Assembly: GCF_006345805.1 (NCBI RefSeq)
Contig: NC_043018.1
Location: 18,972,001-19,036,000, forward strand
DNA length: 64,000 bases
Direction of reading: 5' to 3'
Source of the DNA: Octopus sinensis
Lineage: Eukaryota
Shown: positions 28,825 to 40,966 of the stretch, piece by piece
Layout: each line of letters begins with the position of its first letter
How positions within the stretch are numbered: the stretch's first letter is position 1
Notes under the pieces: generated by a model
What the model was told of the DNA's origin: nothing
The model's database searches: none
What the model saw: the letters and a program-made list of their open reading frames with translations, nothing else
Position numbers and translations under genes: made by a program

Positions 28825-29004
28825 ATAAAGTCAAAAATGGCACCAGTTCCACCTCCAAGTTACGACTAATTTTTCCGAAATGTTGGAAAGAAAACAAAAG
28901 AATAATTGTGAATTGTATGTTTTTTTTTTATTATTTTTCAACAAATAAAATATTTTTAACAAAATTAATTTGTTTTTCAATTTTATGACAGGGAGCTCAA
29001 TAAA
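28824..29004 (+). terminator. Candidate polyadenylation signals of POLR2B (AATAAA at 28824, 28944 and 28999)
   Basis: Three AATAAA hexamers within 180 nt of the stop; TG-rich sequence follows the third. Confidence 0.5.
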
Positions 29005-29866
29005 AGTGAGCAACTGTGATTTTACAGGGTTAGTAGTTTGTTAGTATTGTGTTCAATACCCCTGTAATCAAACTTTGCATCACCAGCTCTCTTCATTTTA
29101 CATATGGAGAACAAACAGCCTACCAAATCCTCTGCAACAGACTTAAAAATCTTCATGTCTGATGCCAAATTGCATGACTGCTACCATTATCATTGACACA
29201 AAAGTCTGGGGGTGCTACAGTGAAAATAAACTGATTTGTGTTCTGTAGAAGAGACAAAATGTGGCAGGCAACAAACTGCAGACGGGCAAGGAACACAGGT
29301 GTATATTTGGGATGAGTATATTACTGATAGATAAATAGATAGGCGCAGGAGTGGCTGTGTGGTAAGTAGCTTGCTAACCAACCACATGGTTCCGGGTTCA
29401 GTCCCACTGCGTGGCATCTTGGGCAAATGTCTTCTGCTATAGCCTCGGGCCGACCAAAGCCTTGTGAGTGGATTTGGTAGACAGGAAACTGAAAAAAGCC
29501 TGTTGTATATATGTTTATGTATGTTTGTGTGTTTGTCCATCTAGCATTGTTTGACAACCGATGCTGGTGTGTTTACGTCCCTGTCACTTAGCGGTTCGGC
29601 AAAAGAGACCGATAGAATAAGTGCTGGGCTTACAAAAGAATAAGTCCCGGGGTCGATTTGCTTGACTAAAGGCGGTGCTCCAGCATGGCCGCAGTCAAAT
29701 GACTGAAACAGGTAAAAGAGTAAAGAGAGCTAATCCAGGTGATCAGAGTAAATGACAATAACTGGGTTTGTATGCATCAGAGACAATCCCACAGCAATAA
29801 TAATGGGTTTTTTGTTCCTGCATCGCATTCAACATAGATCAACGCCAGAACTGCTTATAATTCTAT

Positions 29867-30057
29867 AGGCTCAGGAAGTCACTTATTCAAATCTAGGATT
29901 AGGAAGTCACTGGTTCAGATCTAGGCTCAGGAAGTCACTGGTTCAGATCTAGGCTCAGGAAGTCACTGATTCAAATCCAGGATTAGGAAGTCACTGGTTC
30001 AGATCTAGGCTCAGGAAGTCACTGGCAAAAAGCTAGCTCAGGAAGTCACTGGTTTAA
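29867..30057 (+). repeat. 28-bp minisatellite (ggctcaggaagtcactggttcagatcta), block 1
   Basis: Tandem units visible directly. Confidence 0.9.
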
Positions 30058-30924
30058 AATGAACTTGGTGAAAAAAAATTAGAATTTTGTTAACAACACA
30101 TCTCAAATACCTATTCGATATTTTTTTATCAAAATATATTTTTAGTTTCTGTATTATTGAATATAATTTACATATGGAGAACAGCCCACCAAATCCTGCA
30201 AAAGACTGAAAAATCTTCATGTCAGATGCTAAGTTGTACGGCTGCTATTATTATCATTGACGCAATGAAAAGATATCAAACAGAATATTCTGTTGTGTCT
30301 TGGGTGAGTCATTTCCTTTTTGTGTGCCTTATAATGTAACACACTCACCGGTAAAATTTCCACTTATTTCTTATTTTTATTTCCCTAAAATTTTCGTTGC
30401 GTCTTGCAACCTTTTCAAGACACAACAGAATATGCTTCAACACACGAACTGACATAAAGAATCTTGCAAACCAAATGCAAAAACGAAACAGAATATTGTT
30501 AGTAAACAGATTCTGGAATTTAAACTCTTGAAATGTCATGGTTACGTTGTGTGTTATTCTGATAACATTTCCTTATAGGATTTCTTTATGAACTCCTATC
30601 CATCTTGCCATTGATGTGGTTTGATTTTTGGGGATTAAATATAGTATATACATTTTTTAAATAGTTTGTGTTTATACATTGATTAGTAGTAAATAGCATG
30701 CAGCATTGTCTGATATATAAATGTTTTTAATCACTGTTTTTTTAAGCCAAAACAAAGCAGTTTGTAAAAATCCTAAAAGTTGATGGTTTTACCTGGAGTC
30801 TCTCATCATTTAATATCCACTTTCCCTACTGGCATGGGTTGGATGGACAGGAACTGGCCAGGCAGAAGACTGCACCAACCTCTGCTCTCTGCTTTGGCAT
30901 GGTTTCTCTGTTTGGATGCCATTC

Positions 30925-31480
30925 TTAACCCTTTCATTACCAACCTGCTTGAAACCGGCTCTTGCTTTGAGTACAAATGTCTTGTTTTCATAAGTTTTGA
31001 ATTAAAATCTTCCACCAAACCTTAGTCACAATTTATGTTCCTAACACTAGCTGAATGATAACTAAGTTATTTTACTAAATTCTTTATCATTTAAAATTAA
31101 TTGAAAGAAACACAGAGCATCTCAAAATAAATACAGTAACGAAAGGGTTAAGAAGAAAAATAATCAGCAGAAATAATAGCCTAAATTTCCTTCAATCTGC
31201 ACCCTTCCAACTGCTTCTAATGTGCATCAGCCCAAATGTAGAGGTGTGTTTAACCCTTTCGATACCAACCCGGCTGAAACCACCGCTGGCTCTGTAGTAC
31301 AAATGATTTGTTTTTATAAGTTTTGAAGTTTTGAATCTTCCACCAAACCTTAGTCACAATTTATGTTCCTAACACTAGCTGATTGATAACTAAGTTATTT
31401 TACTAAATTCTTTGTTATATTTAACGTAATTGAAAGAAACACAGAACGTCTCAAAATAAATATGGTAAGGAAAGGGTTAA
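30925..31480. mobile_element. Pair of the same piggyBac-like MITE (30925-31151, 31250-31480) with a 98-bp spacer, splitting a SINE at TTAA
   Basis: TTAA/CCCTTT termini; the flanks rejoin into continuous GAT-tailed SINE sequence. Confidence 0.75.
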
Positions 31481-31629
31481 TGCCAATCGCTTTGCAGAGT
31501 GTACTGGGTGCTTTTTACATGACACCAGCACAAGTGCTTACCAAGTAAAACTATCAACCTTACATTGTTTTGGCTTTAAAACAAAATAACAAAAAACATG
31601 TATATACATTCAAATTTTCAGAGGTCCAT

Positions 31630-31728
31630 TCAGCAGCTGGTTATGCTGCCAGTGTCGGAGTCTTCCCATTTAGCGAGTTGCTTTGTTATTTGATTCATCA
31701 AAGTGGTTGCTAACACCAACAACACAAT
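31630..31728 (-). CDS. Tetraspanin exon 7: IVLLVLATTLMNQITKQLAKWEDSDTGSITSC*
   Basis: Acceptor tttcatttgtttttAG; completes TM4 plus a short cytoplasmic tail; TGA at 31632-31630; total protein 309 aa. Confidence 0.85.
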   Translation of the reverse strand: MVLLVLATTLMNQITKQLAKWEDSDTGSITSC

Positions 31729-31786
31729 CTAAAAACAAATGAAACAAAGAATAATGATTTGGTTACAGAAAACTTAACTTCAAATA

Positions 31787-32240
31787 GTTACTGGTTCAGA
31801 TCTAGGCTCAGGAAGTCACTGGTTCAAATTTAGGCTGAAGAACTCACTGGTTCAAATCTAGGCTCAGGAAGTCACTGGTTCAAAGCTATGCTCAGGAAGT
31901 CACTGGTTCAAATTTAGACTGAAGAACTCACTGGTTCAAATCTAGGTTCAGGAAGTCACTGATTCAAATCCAGGATTAGGGAGTCACTGGTTCAGATCTA
32001 GGCTCAGGAAGTCACTGGCAAAAAGCTAGCTCAGGAAGTCACTGGTTCAAATCTAGGCTCAATAAGTCACTGGTTCAAATCTAGGCTGAAGAAGCCCTAG
32101 TTTAAATCTAGGCTGAAGAAGTCACTGGTTCAAATCTTGGCTCAGGAAGTCACTGGTTGAAATCTAGGCCCAAAAAGTCAGTGGTTCAAATATAGGTTGA
32201 GGGAATCACAGGTTCATATCTAGGCTCATGAAATCACTTG
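31787..32240 (+). repeat. 28-bp minisatellite, block 2 (in the last tetraspanin intron)
   Basis: Same unit; shares a run of variant units with block 1. Confidence 0.9.
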
Positions 32241-32285
32241 CTACATATCTGCATCATTGTAGAAATTCAGCCTTTTTATTTTAAA

Positions 32286-32589
32286 CTAGCAGTATCGCCT
32301 GGCGTTGCTCGGGTTTGTAAGGGAAATAACTATATAAGCATTTTTAGAGAGTTATTTCCCTTATATAAACCGAGCAAAAAATGCATTAAAAAACCGAAAA
32401 TATGATGGTAATTTTTTTTTAAATCGTAGACTCATCGTAGACACACGCTAATACCCAGAAGGGCTCGATATGAATCACGACTATAAGATACCCGCTTTTG
32501 GTTAAACTGCACCACAAAATGTGGGAGTAGTTAGGAATCTAAATCGGAGGAGACAGACACTCACACAACTTCACTTTTATATATAAAGA
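32286..32589 (-). mobile_element. Non-autonomous Helitron, internally deleted copy
   Basis: Same termini; lacks the internal segment present in the 18985 and 43240 copies. Confidence 0.75.
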
Positions 32590-33386
32590 TTTCTCATAAA
32601 ATTTTTAGAAAGGGAAGGAGAGTTAACCCACAATTCTTTTGTAATGATTTAAAAAATATATTTCTTTACTACCCAAAGGGGCTAAACACAGAGAGACAAA
32701 CAAGGACAGGCAAAGGGATTAAGTCGATTACATCGACCCCAGTGCGTAACTGGTACTTAATTTATTGACACCAAAAAGATGAAACGCAAAGTCGACCTCG
32801 GCGGAATTGAAACCGGAACGTAACGACAGACGAAATACGGCTTCGCGTTTCTGCCAGCTCGCCGCCGTAATGATTTAAAATATAGGTGCTGGTATGGTTG
32901 TGAGGCTGCCAAGTATCTGCAAGATAAAACCCCTCAACTGAGTGGGGTACAGAATGGAGGAATGGGATTCTATGATAGAGAGAGAGAGGAGCAGGTGTCT
33001 TGCTGAAGAGGTGAAAACATGGCTTGCCCACCTAGAAAGTTACATATATATATAGACCCCTTTTGGTCACAAGTGACCGTGGGATTGCACCCAGAAAGTT
33101 CCCCCCCAAGACACATGTCCAAACGAGGTTGTTTGTGGGAGACCAGCAGTCACCCATGCATACCAGTCTCCCCTCTCCAAGCCACCAATGTTATCCAAAG
33201 GAAAGGCAAAAGGTGATACAGCTTGGCACCAGTGATGATGTTGCAACTCGTTTCTACAGTCGAGTGAACTGGAGCAACGTGAAATAAAGTGTCTTGCTCA
33301 AGAACACAACACACAGCCTTGTCTGGAAATCGAACTCTCTACCTCATAATTGTGATCCCAGTGCTCTAACCACTAAGCCATGTGCC

Positions 33387-33449
<63 letters not shown>

Positions 33450-34168
33450 GGGTGTCTCCATGTTACTCTTTTACTCTTTACTCTTTTACTTGTTTCAGTC
33501 ATTTGACTGCGGCCATGCTGGAGCACCGCCTTTAGTCGAGCAAATCGACCCCAGGACTTATTCTTTGTAAGCCCAGTACTTATTCTATCGGTCTCTTTTG
33601 CCGAACCACTAAGTGACGGGGACGTAAACACACCACCATCAGTTGTCAAGCAATGCTAGGGGGACAAGCACAGACACACAAACACACACACACATACATA
33701 TATATACATATATACGACAGGCTTCTTTCAGTGTCCGTCTACCAAATCCACTCACAAGGCATTGGTCGGCCCAGGGCTATAGCAGAAGACACTTGCCCAA
33801 GATGCCACGCAGTGGGACTGAACCCGGAACCATGTGGTTGGTTAGCAAGCTACTTACCACACAGCCACTCCTGCGCCTATGTTGATGATGATTTCTGATT
33901 ATAAATTTTAAGTTATGAGTTAATTTGCAGGTAACCTAGCCTTCTTAATTTAACCCCAGGAGGTGTGTCCAGAAAATAATATATCTCAGCTACAAGACCA
34001 TAAGCTGAATAACCCATTGATGGATCCTTCTGATGATGAAAATTTGAGTAATTGATTTAATCATTTAACAACAGATCACCAAAGGAATGAAAGAACAGTC
34101 TGGAGAGCAATTGAACTTTTGTGTGAATAAGTCATCCTCATTTAAGTAAGGTTTATAAAAAGACTTAC

Positions 34169-34282
34169 CTCTGGAAGAATAATACCAAACATGATGCCAA
34201 TTATGTTTACTCCATTTATTTCTACCCATTCGTGGAATCCTTGTAAACAGCCTCGTATGTAGATGTTGTCTTGGACATCAAT
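34169..34282 (-). CDS. Tetraspanin exon 6: IDVQDNIYIRGCLQGFHEWVEINGVNIIGIMFGIILPE (end EC2, start TM4)
   Basis: Acceptor tttctgtttttAG, donor GTAAGT; IY..GC...W motif. Confidence 0.9.
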
Positions 34283-34830
34283 CTAAAAACAGAAAAGAAA
34301 ATACATGCAATTCATGTCTCTTCACTGATCTATGATGCTATTCCGTGCACAACATTCCACATAGACAGGGACCAGGAATTAGGAGAGGATTGTTCTAAAT
34401 TTGAAGGGAATTGGACCAATTGGTTTCAAACTTTGAAACAGAGCCAACAGTTTTTGAGGGGAAGGGCAAGTCAATTATATCGATCACATAACCAGGCTGG
34501 TGCTTGTTTTATCAATTCTGAAAAGACAAACCCAAAGTCAACCACAGCTGAATTTTAGCTCAAAATGCAGCAAAGATGGATGAAATGCCATGAAGCATTT
34601 CATCTGCCAGATTCCTTATGGTTCTGCCAGCTCAATTCCATTGCAAACTATATTGATAATGGAATTCATTTCATCAGCCACAGGGTGATGATTGGGAAAT
34701 GCCAAAACTTGACTTTTATGGGATTTGAAACCTGAATAAGAGAATGAATCTGTGAAGAACTTCAAGAGAGGAGATGATCACAGAGAGCCATGTTGTTTAT
34801 TTTATTCTAATACTTATTTGCTTCTTTCAT

Positions 34831-34865
<35 letters not shown>

Positions 34866-35673
34866 TCCTGTTCTCCTCATAACTTTATTTACCAGTTTAG
34901 AGATCTCATCTTCTCTTGCTACACTAGTCTCATTTTATCTCCTGCTCATGTTCGTCTATTATGTCTGCTCATTTATATCTCAGCAGCTTTCATTGCTGAC
35001 TCTGCCAAATTGAACAATATTATTGCAGGTGTCAAAATTGTGATGATATTTGATCCACTACCGATGAGAGGTTAAACATCTCCACATCCCTTGCGTATTT
35101 TGTTGTTTTCCTCTATGTTCCTGTAACATTCTCTTGTGACATTTATTGATTATTATATATTTTGTATTAAAAATATTGCACATTAAAAAAGTTACGTATC
35201 AATACAATAAGAGCTTATTAAAAAAAAATTATTTATTTCAGTTTTAAATCAACAGAAGTAGACAATGTCAGGGTGAGTTAAATGGCAGCCCTAGTAGTGA
35301 TGCACCTCTGGGAAATGAACTCAATACACTCCATACAGTGATTGGCATTAGGAAGGGCATCCAGCCATAACAATCATGTCTAAGAAAACATTAGAGCTTG
35401 CTGTAGTTCTCCAGCTTATTAGATCTTGTAAAACTGTCCAACCATGCCAGCAGGGAAGACTGGTATTCAAGGGTGTCAATGATATTCACAAGGAAAAGGT
35501 TGATAGAAACTTCAAAGTTTCCAGACCGTGGCTCACCCTGAAGACAGCAAAGAAACTCTTGACTTTTTCCTGATCGACAATTTATAAATGGAGGCTCAAG
35601 TGGAAAGTATTGAATCATACTTCAATCCTTCAACTTAATATTTACATTTTTATGTAAATAAAACATTTATGTA

Positions 35674-35728
<55 letters not shown>

Positions 35729-35845
35729 TATATATATATACATCTATTGAAAGATATAGATAAGGAAATAGTTTTATTCTCAAACACAGGATAATGCCAA
35801 TAATATATGTATGTGTGTGTGTGTGTATATGAATTTATATATATA

Positions 35846-35942
35846 TATATTATATTAAATTAGAGATAAAACCACTATTAGGCAAATCAAACAATGTTTG
35901 ATTTGCCTAATAGTGGTTTTATCTCTAATTTAATATAATATA
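35846..35942. repeat. Perfect palindrome, 48-bp arms, 1-nt loop
   Basis: tatattaaattagagataaaaccactattaggcaaatcaaaca-a-reverse complement, extended by 5 AT pairs. Confidence 0.95.
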
Positions 35943-36415
35943 ATATTTTACAATAAAATTGGATTCAATCCTAAATCTGATTTTTCCCTGTAAGTTTGGA
36001 TTTATTCCCTAATATTTTATTATTAATTATATATATATATATATATATATGAACTTTAGCCAGGGCCACTGACTGGCTCCCATGCCAGTGGTACGTAAAA
36101 AGCACCATTTGAGCATGGCCATTGCCAGTACTACCTGACTGGCCCTCGTGCCAGTGGCATGTAAAAGAACCTACTACACTCTCAGAGTGGTTGGCGTTAG
36201 GATGGGCATCCAGCTGTAGAAACCAAACCAAAATCAAACTGGAACCTGGTACAGATTTCTGGCTTACCAGTTCCAATCAAATCGTCTAATCCATGCCAGT
36301 ATGGAAGACAGATGCTAAATGACAATGAAGATGATGATGATGATGATGATGGTAATAATTGTGATGGTGATGATGATGATGATGATGATTATAAGAGAGA
36401 AAACCAAATACTTAC

Positions 36416-36460
36416 AGGTCTTTTTCTCAGAACATCATCCACGCAAGAAGCATTGTTTAA
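36416..36460 (-). CDS. Tetraspanin exon 5 (45 nt): LNNASCVDDVLRKRP
   Basis: Strong donor GTAAGT, AG with an in-frame TAA just upstream; supplies the seventh EC2 cysteine; the acceptor context is weak. Confidence 0.7.
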
Positions 36461-37400
36461 CTTTTAATTTCACCAGAATACAAACATGGAATAAAAAAAA
36501 AAGAAAAGGAAAGAATCAGATGAGTTTATCACATTTTTATGTCAAATCTTGTATTCTATTGACCAAGGATTCCCAAATATATTTTGTTGTAGAACTCTTT
36601 TCCCAAAATTAGAGAAACCCTGCCACCATTTAACCCTTTTCACACTAAACTTTCCAAGAACATTCCTGGTGCTATGTTAAAAATTTTCTGTTATTTTAAG
36701 TATTTTAAATTATAAATTTCTACCAAAATTTCATGTTAATTTGTTCCAAATATCAGCTAAATAACCACAAAGTTATCTTACTGAATTCTTTTACTCTTTT
36801 ACTCTTTTACATGTTTCAGTCATTTGACTGCGGCCATGCTGGGGCACCGCCTTTAGTCGAGCAAATCGACCCCGGGACTTATTCTTTGTAAGCCCAGTAC
36901 TTATTCTATCGGTCTCTTTTGCCGAACCGCTAAGTGACGGGGACGTAAACACACCAGCATCGGTTGTCAAGCAATGCAAGGGGTACAAACACAGACACAC
37001 AAACACATACACATACATACATACATATACATATATATATGCATATATACGACAGGCTTCTTTCAGTTTCCGTCTACCAAATCCGCTCACAAGGCATTGG
37101 TCGGCCCGGGGCTATAGTAGAAGACACTTGCCCAAGATGCCACGCAGTGGGACTGAACCCGGAACCATGTGGTTGGTTAGCAAGCTACTTACCACACAGC
37201 CGCTCCTGCGTCTATTCTTCATTATTTTCATAATTAATTGAAACAGTTGGGTACTGCCTCCTTCCTTAGCTTGTGTGTGTGTGTGTGTGTGTGTGTGTTT
37301 GTGTGTGCATCTGTGGAAAAATAAGTAATACATAAAATAGATTCATTTTTTTTTCATCAATTCCAACCAATTCCAAGAAACATTTTTTTATTGTACAAAC

Positions 37401-37538
37401 CTTGGGGTGACGGCAGCAAGACTTTGGTACGGTGCAAGCCAAGTTATTCCAAGATTTGGAATTATCACATCGGAACTGTTCTGTTGTCCTCCAATCCATG
37501 TATCCGTCGTCATTGTCCGATAATCCGCAGCAGTGAAA
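37401..37538 (-). CDS. Tetraspanin exon 4: FHCCGLSD...QFRC...LACTVPKSCCRHPK (EC2)
   Basis: CCG signature and PxSCC motif; acceptor cttaatcAG, donor GTTTGT; 46 codons. Confidence 0.92.
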
Positions 37539-38262
37539 CTGATTAAGTAAAGAATGGATCACAAACAGTTATGGGTAAATAGAAGGTATGTCTAACATTG
37601 CTTGATAATGTTGTGAATAAACCGACATTTTAGATGAGTTCAAATATTTTTGGAACACATTTCACCTGTACAAAGACTATATTTAATGCTGGTTTGTCAT
37701 GGACAACCTTTCTAGCTTTTAGGCAATAGGTGTTGAAAATCATCAAAAGTCACTTAACCCTTTAGCATTCAAACCAGCCATATACAACCAAAATATTGAA
37801 ACTGACCAGATCCAGCCTCTCACACTTATCCTACAATGTCATTCTAAAACTAAAAAATCACATCACTGAAATCTCTAAACTACAAGATAATGCAGGATTA
37901 ATTCAAACCATTTTAAATAAACAAAACATCACATTTGACAGAATTATCTGAACACTAAAGGGTTAAAGGTACTCTTTTTTTCTTTCTTTCTCTCTCTCTC
38001 TCCCCCTCTTTCTCTCTCTCTCTCTCTCTCAGCTGAATGGTGAATGCATTTCTCAATCCTTGGCAATCATCAGCACCGTGTACTACAAGAGAGACAGCCT
38101 TGAAATGGCTTTGGAAACATCCATTTCTTTATCGTTTATTCTCAACACACACAAACACACAACATTGTATGGCTTGTTTCTTACAAATTCTTGAAGATTA
38201 CAAAAGCACTCAGTTTTCAAATCTAGAATTAAAAGAGAAATCATTGCCTCAATATTACTCAC

Positions 38263-38454
38263 CATTTCCTGCAGACTATTAATCCGGTTCATTGCAAATC
38301 CATCAAAATCACCGTAGTTCTGCATATCCAATGAGAAAGATCCCTTTGGAAAAAACTCAATGTTGTATCGTGAAGTCGGTACGTAAATATAGATCAGGAG
38401 AATAACGCTAAATATTACTTCAGCAAGCAGTGTGATAACGACCAAATACTTGTA
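38263..38454 (-). CDS. Tetraspanin exon 3: YKYLVVITLLAEVIFSVILLIYIY...INSLQEM (TM3, start EC2)
   Basis: Long polypyrimidine tract + ttccAG, donor GTGAGT; polar Glu in TM3. Confidence 0.88.
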
Positions 38455-39049
38455 CTGGAATAGGAAAGAAAAAAAAAGAAGGTAGAGATATGTAGATAGA
38501 TGGTGGAAGCACTCAGTCAGTTATGACGACGAGGGTTCCAGTTGATCCGAATCAACGGAATAGCCTGCTCATGAAATTAACGTGTAAGTGGCTGAGCACT
38601 CCACAGACACGTGCACCCTTAACGTAGTTCTCGGGGATATTCAGCGTGACACAGAGAGTGACAAGGCCGGTCCCTTGAAATACAGGTACAACAGAAACAG
38701 GAAGTAAGAGTGAGAGAAAGTTGTGTCGAAAGAGTACAGCAGGGATCACCACCATCCCCTGCTGGAGCCTTGTAGACCTTTTTTTTAGGTGTTTTCGCTC
38801 AATAAACACTCACAACGCCCGGTCTGGGAATCGAAACTGCGATCCTATAACCGCGAGTTCGATGCCCTAACCACTGGGCCATTGCGCCTCCATGTAGATA
38901 GATAAGTGGTAGGTGAAAGCATAGGTGTGCGGTTAAGAGGTTGGCTTCCCAACCCCTTGGTCTCGAGTTCAGTCCCATTGCATGGCATTATGGACGAGTG
39001 TCGGTCTTTTTTGAGTGGATTTCATAGACAGATACTCAAAGAAGTCTGT

Positions 39050-39832
39050 CATATGTATACACACACACATACACACACACACACATACAGATACACACAC
39101 ACTCATATATGTGTATATCGATTGTCTATACATATATACAGACATATATTCACACTCATACATATATATATATATACACATATACATACATACACACAAG
39201 CACACACACATATGTATGTATATCGATCATCTATACAAACATACATTCAAACCCATACATATATACACACACATACATATGTACACACACACATACATAC
39301 ATACATACACACATATATGCATCCATACATACATCCATACATACATACATGCATGCATCCATCCATCCATCCATTCATACATACATACATACACACCTAC
39401 ACACACACATACATACATACATACATGCATACACACATACATACATACATACATACATACACACACACATACATACATGCATACATACATACACACACAC
39501 ATACATACATACATGCATACATAGATACATACACACATACATACATGCATGCATACACACACACATACATACATACATACATACATACACACACATACAT
39601 ACGCACATACATACATACACACACATACATATATACATACACACACACATACATACATACATACATACATACATACATACATACATACATACATACATAC
39701 ATACATACATCTATCCATCCATCCATCCATCCATCCATACATACATACATACATACATACACAGCTACATACATACATACATACATACATACATACATAC
39801 ATACACACATACATACATACATACATACACAC

Positions 39833-39863
<31 letters not shown>

Positions 39864-39897
39864 TACATACATACATACACACATACATACATACATT
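39050..39897. repeat. (CATA)n/(CA)n compound microsatellite
   Basis: Direct inspection; source of the spurious His/Thr/Tyr/Ile and Met/Tyr/Val/Cys ORFs. Confidence 0.98.
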
Positions 39898-40015
39898 CTA
39901 CACAATGTATTGCAGACAAAGTGCTGAGTTTGGTATAAACTACCCAATTCTTGACTACGGTTTCTCAGACTGAAACTTAGTAAAAAAGGAATCATAATAT
40001 ATTAAGTGTCCTCAC

Positions 40016-40198
40016 CACAGACAGAACCTTGAGGTATTCTCTTAGGGATCCTATAATTCCAAACAGGGATATCACAAATGTAATACTTGCAAGAACAAAT
40101 AGTATTTTGTTCAGATGCCAATATCGTTCCAACGGATATTGCTTGGCAGTTGTCAGTGAATTATGAATTGCAAAACCTGTAAAGCCACATGTGAGAAC
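40016..40198 (-). CDS. Tetraspanin exon 2: VLTCGFTGFA...FVISLFGIIGSLREYLKVLSV (end TM1, EC1, TM2)
   Basis: Acceptor ttttaatttcAG, donor GTGAGG; G.LRE motif after TM2; not in ORF track. Confidence 0.88.
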
Positions 40199-40642
40199 CT
40201 GAAATTAAAAAATGGAAAATTTAAGAATGATACAATGCAAGGTGGCACAGGTAAAAGTAGGCCAGGGTCTTCAGCGTATTGTAAATGCAAAAATAAATTT
40301 ACACGCCTGATAAACCTCTCAGCCTTTCATTTACAGGTGACATTGCATTATTTCGACCTTTTATAACAGCCGAACAAAGAAGATGCACAAGTTGACTATT
40401 TGCTGGGTCATCCTTAACACATTGGTTGATTGTGAGATTGCTCTGGTTGAACATCTCCAGCCTTTGCTGCAGGAGTGGCTGTGTGGTAAGTAGCTTGCTT
40501 ACCAACCACATTGTTCCGGGTTCAGTCCCAGTGTGTGGCACCTTGGGCAAGTGTCTTCTACTATAGCCTTCAACCGACCAAAGCCTTGTGAGTGGATTTG
40601 GTAGACGGAAACTGAAAGAAGCCTGTCATATATATGTCTGTG

Positions 40643-40677
<35 letters not shown>

Positions 40678-40932
40678 TTGTGTGTCTGTGTTTGTCCCCC
40701 CAACATTGCTTGACAACTGATGCTGGTGTGTTTACATCCCTGTAACTTAGTGGTTGGCAAAAGAGACCAATAGAATAAGTACTAGGCTTACAAAGAATAA
40801 GTCCTGGGGTTGATTTGCTCGACTAAAGGCAGTGCTCCAGCATGGCCACAGTCAAATAACTGAAACAAATAAGAGTAAAAGAGTAAAAGAATCAATAGCA
40901 GAAAGAGTAGAAATTGTAGAAGTATATATGGG

Positions 40933-40966
<34 letters not shown>

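Noticed and set aside
29867-32240. 28-bp regularly spaced repeats superficially like a CRISPR array
   Set aside because: Units are contiguous with no unique spacers, in a eukaryotic context with no cas genes.
34930-35120. Minus-strand stretch NIEENNKIRKGCGDV*PLIGSGSNIITILTPAIILF resembling a tetraspanin EC2-end/TM4 exon with an internal stop
   Set aside because: It needs phase 1 (incompatible with neighbouring exons) and contains a stop; a much better exon exists at 34169-34282. Probably chance, though a dead duplicated exon is not excluded.
35505-35570. Small AG...GTGAG exon-like segment in a tetraspanin intron (EKVKSFFAVFR)
   Set aside because: Weak acceptor, and it is not needed for the EC2 cysteine pattern.
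38906-39995. Long ORFs (up to 355 aa) rich in His/Thr/Tyr/Ile or Met/Tyr/Val/Cys
   Set aside because: Translations of the (CATA)n microsatellite; open in many frames on both strands.
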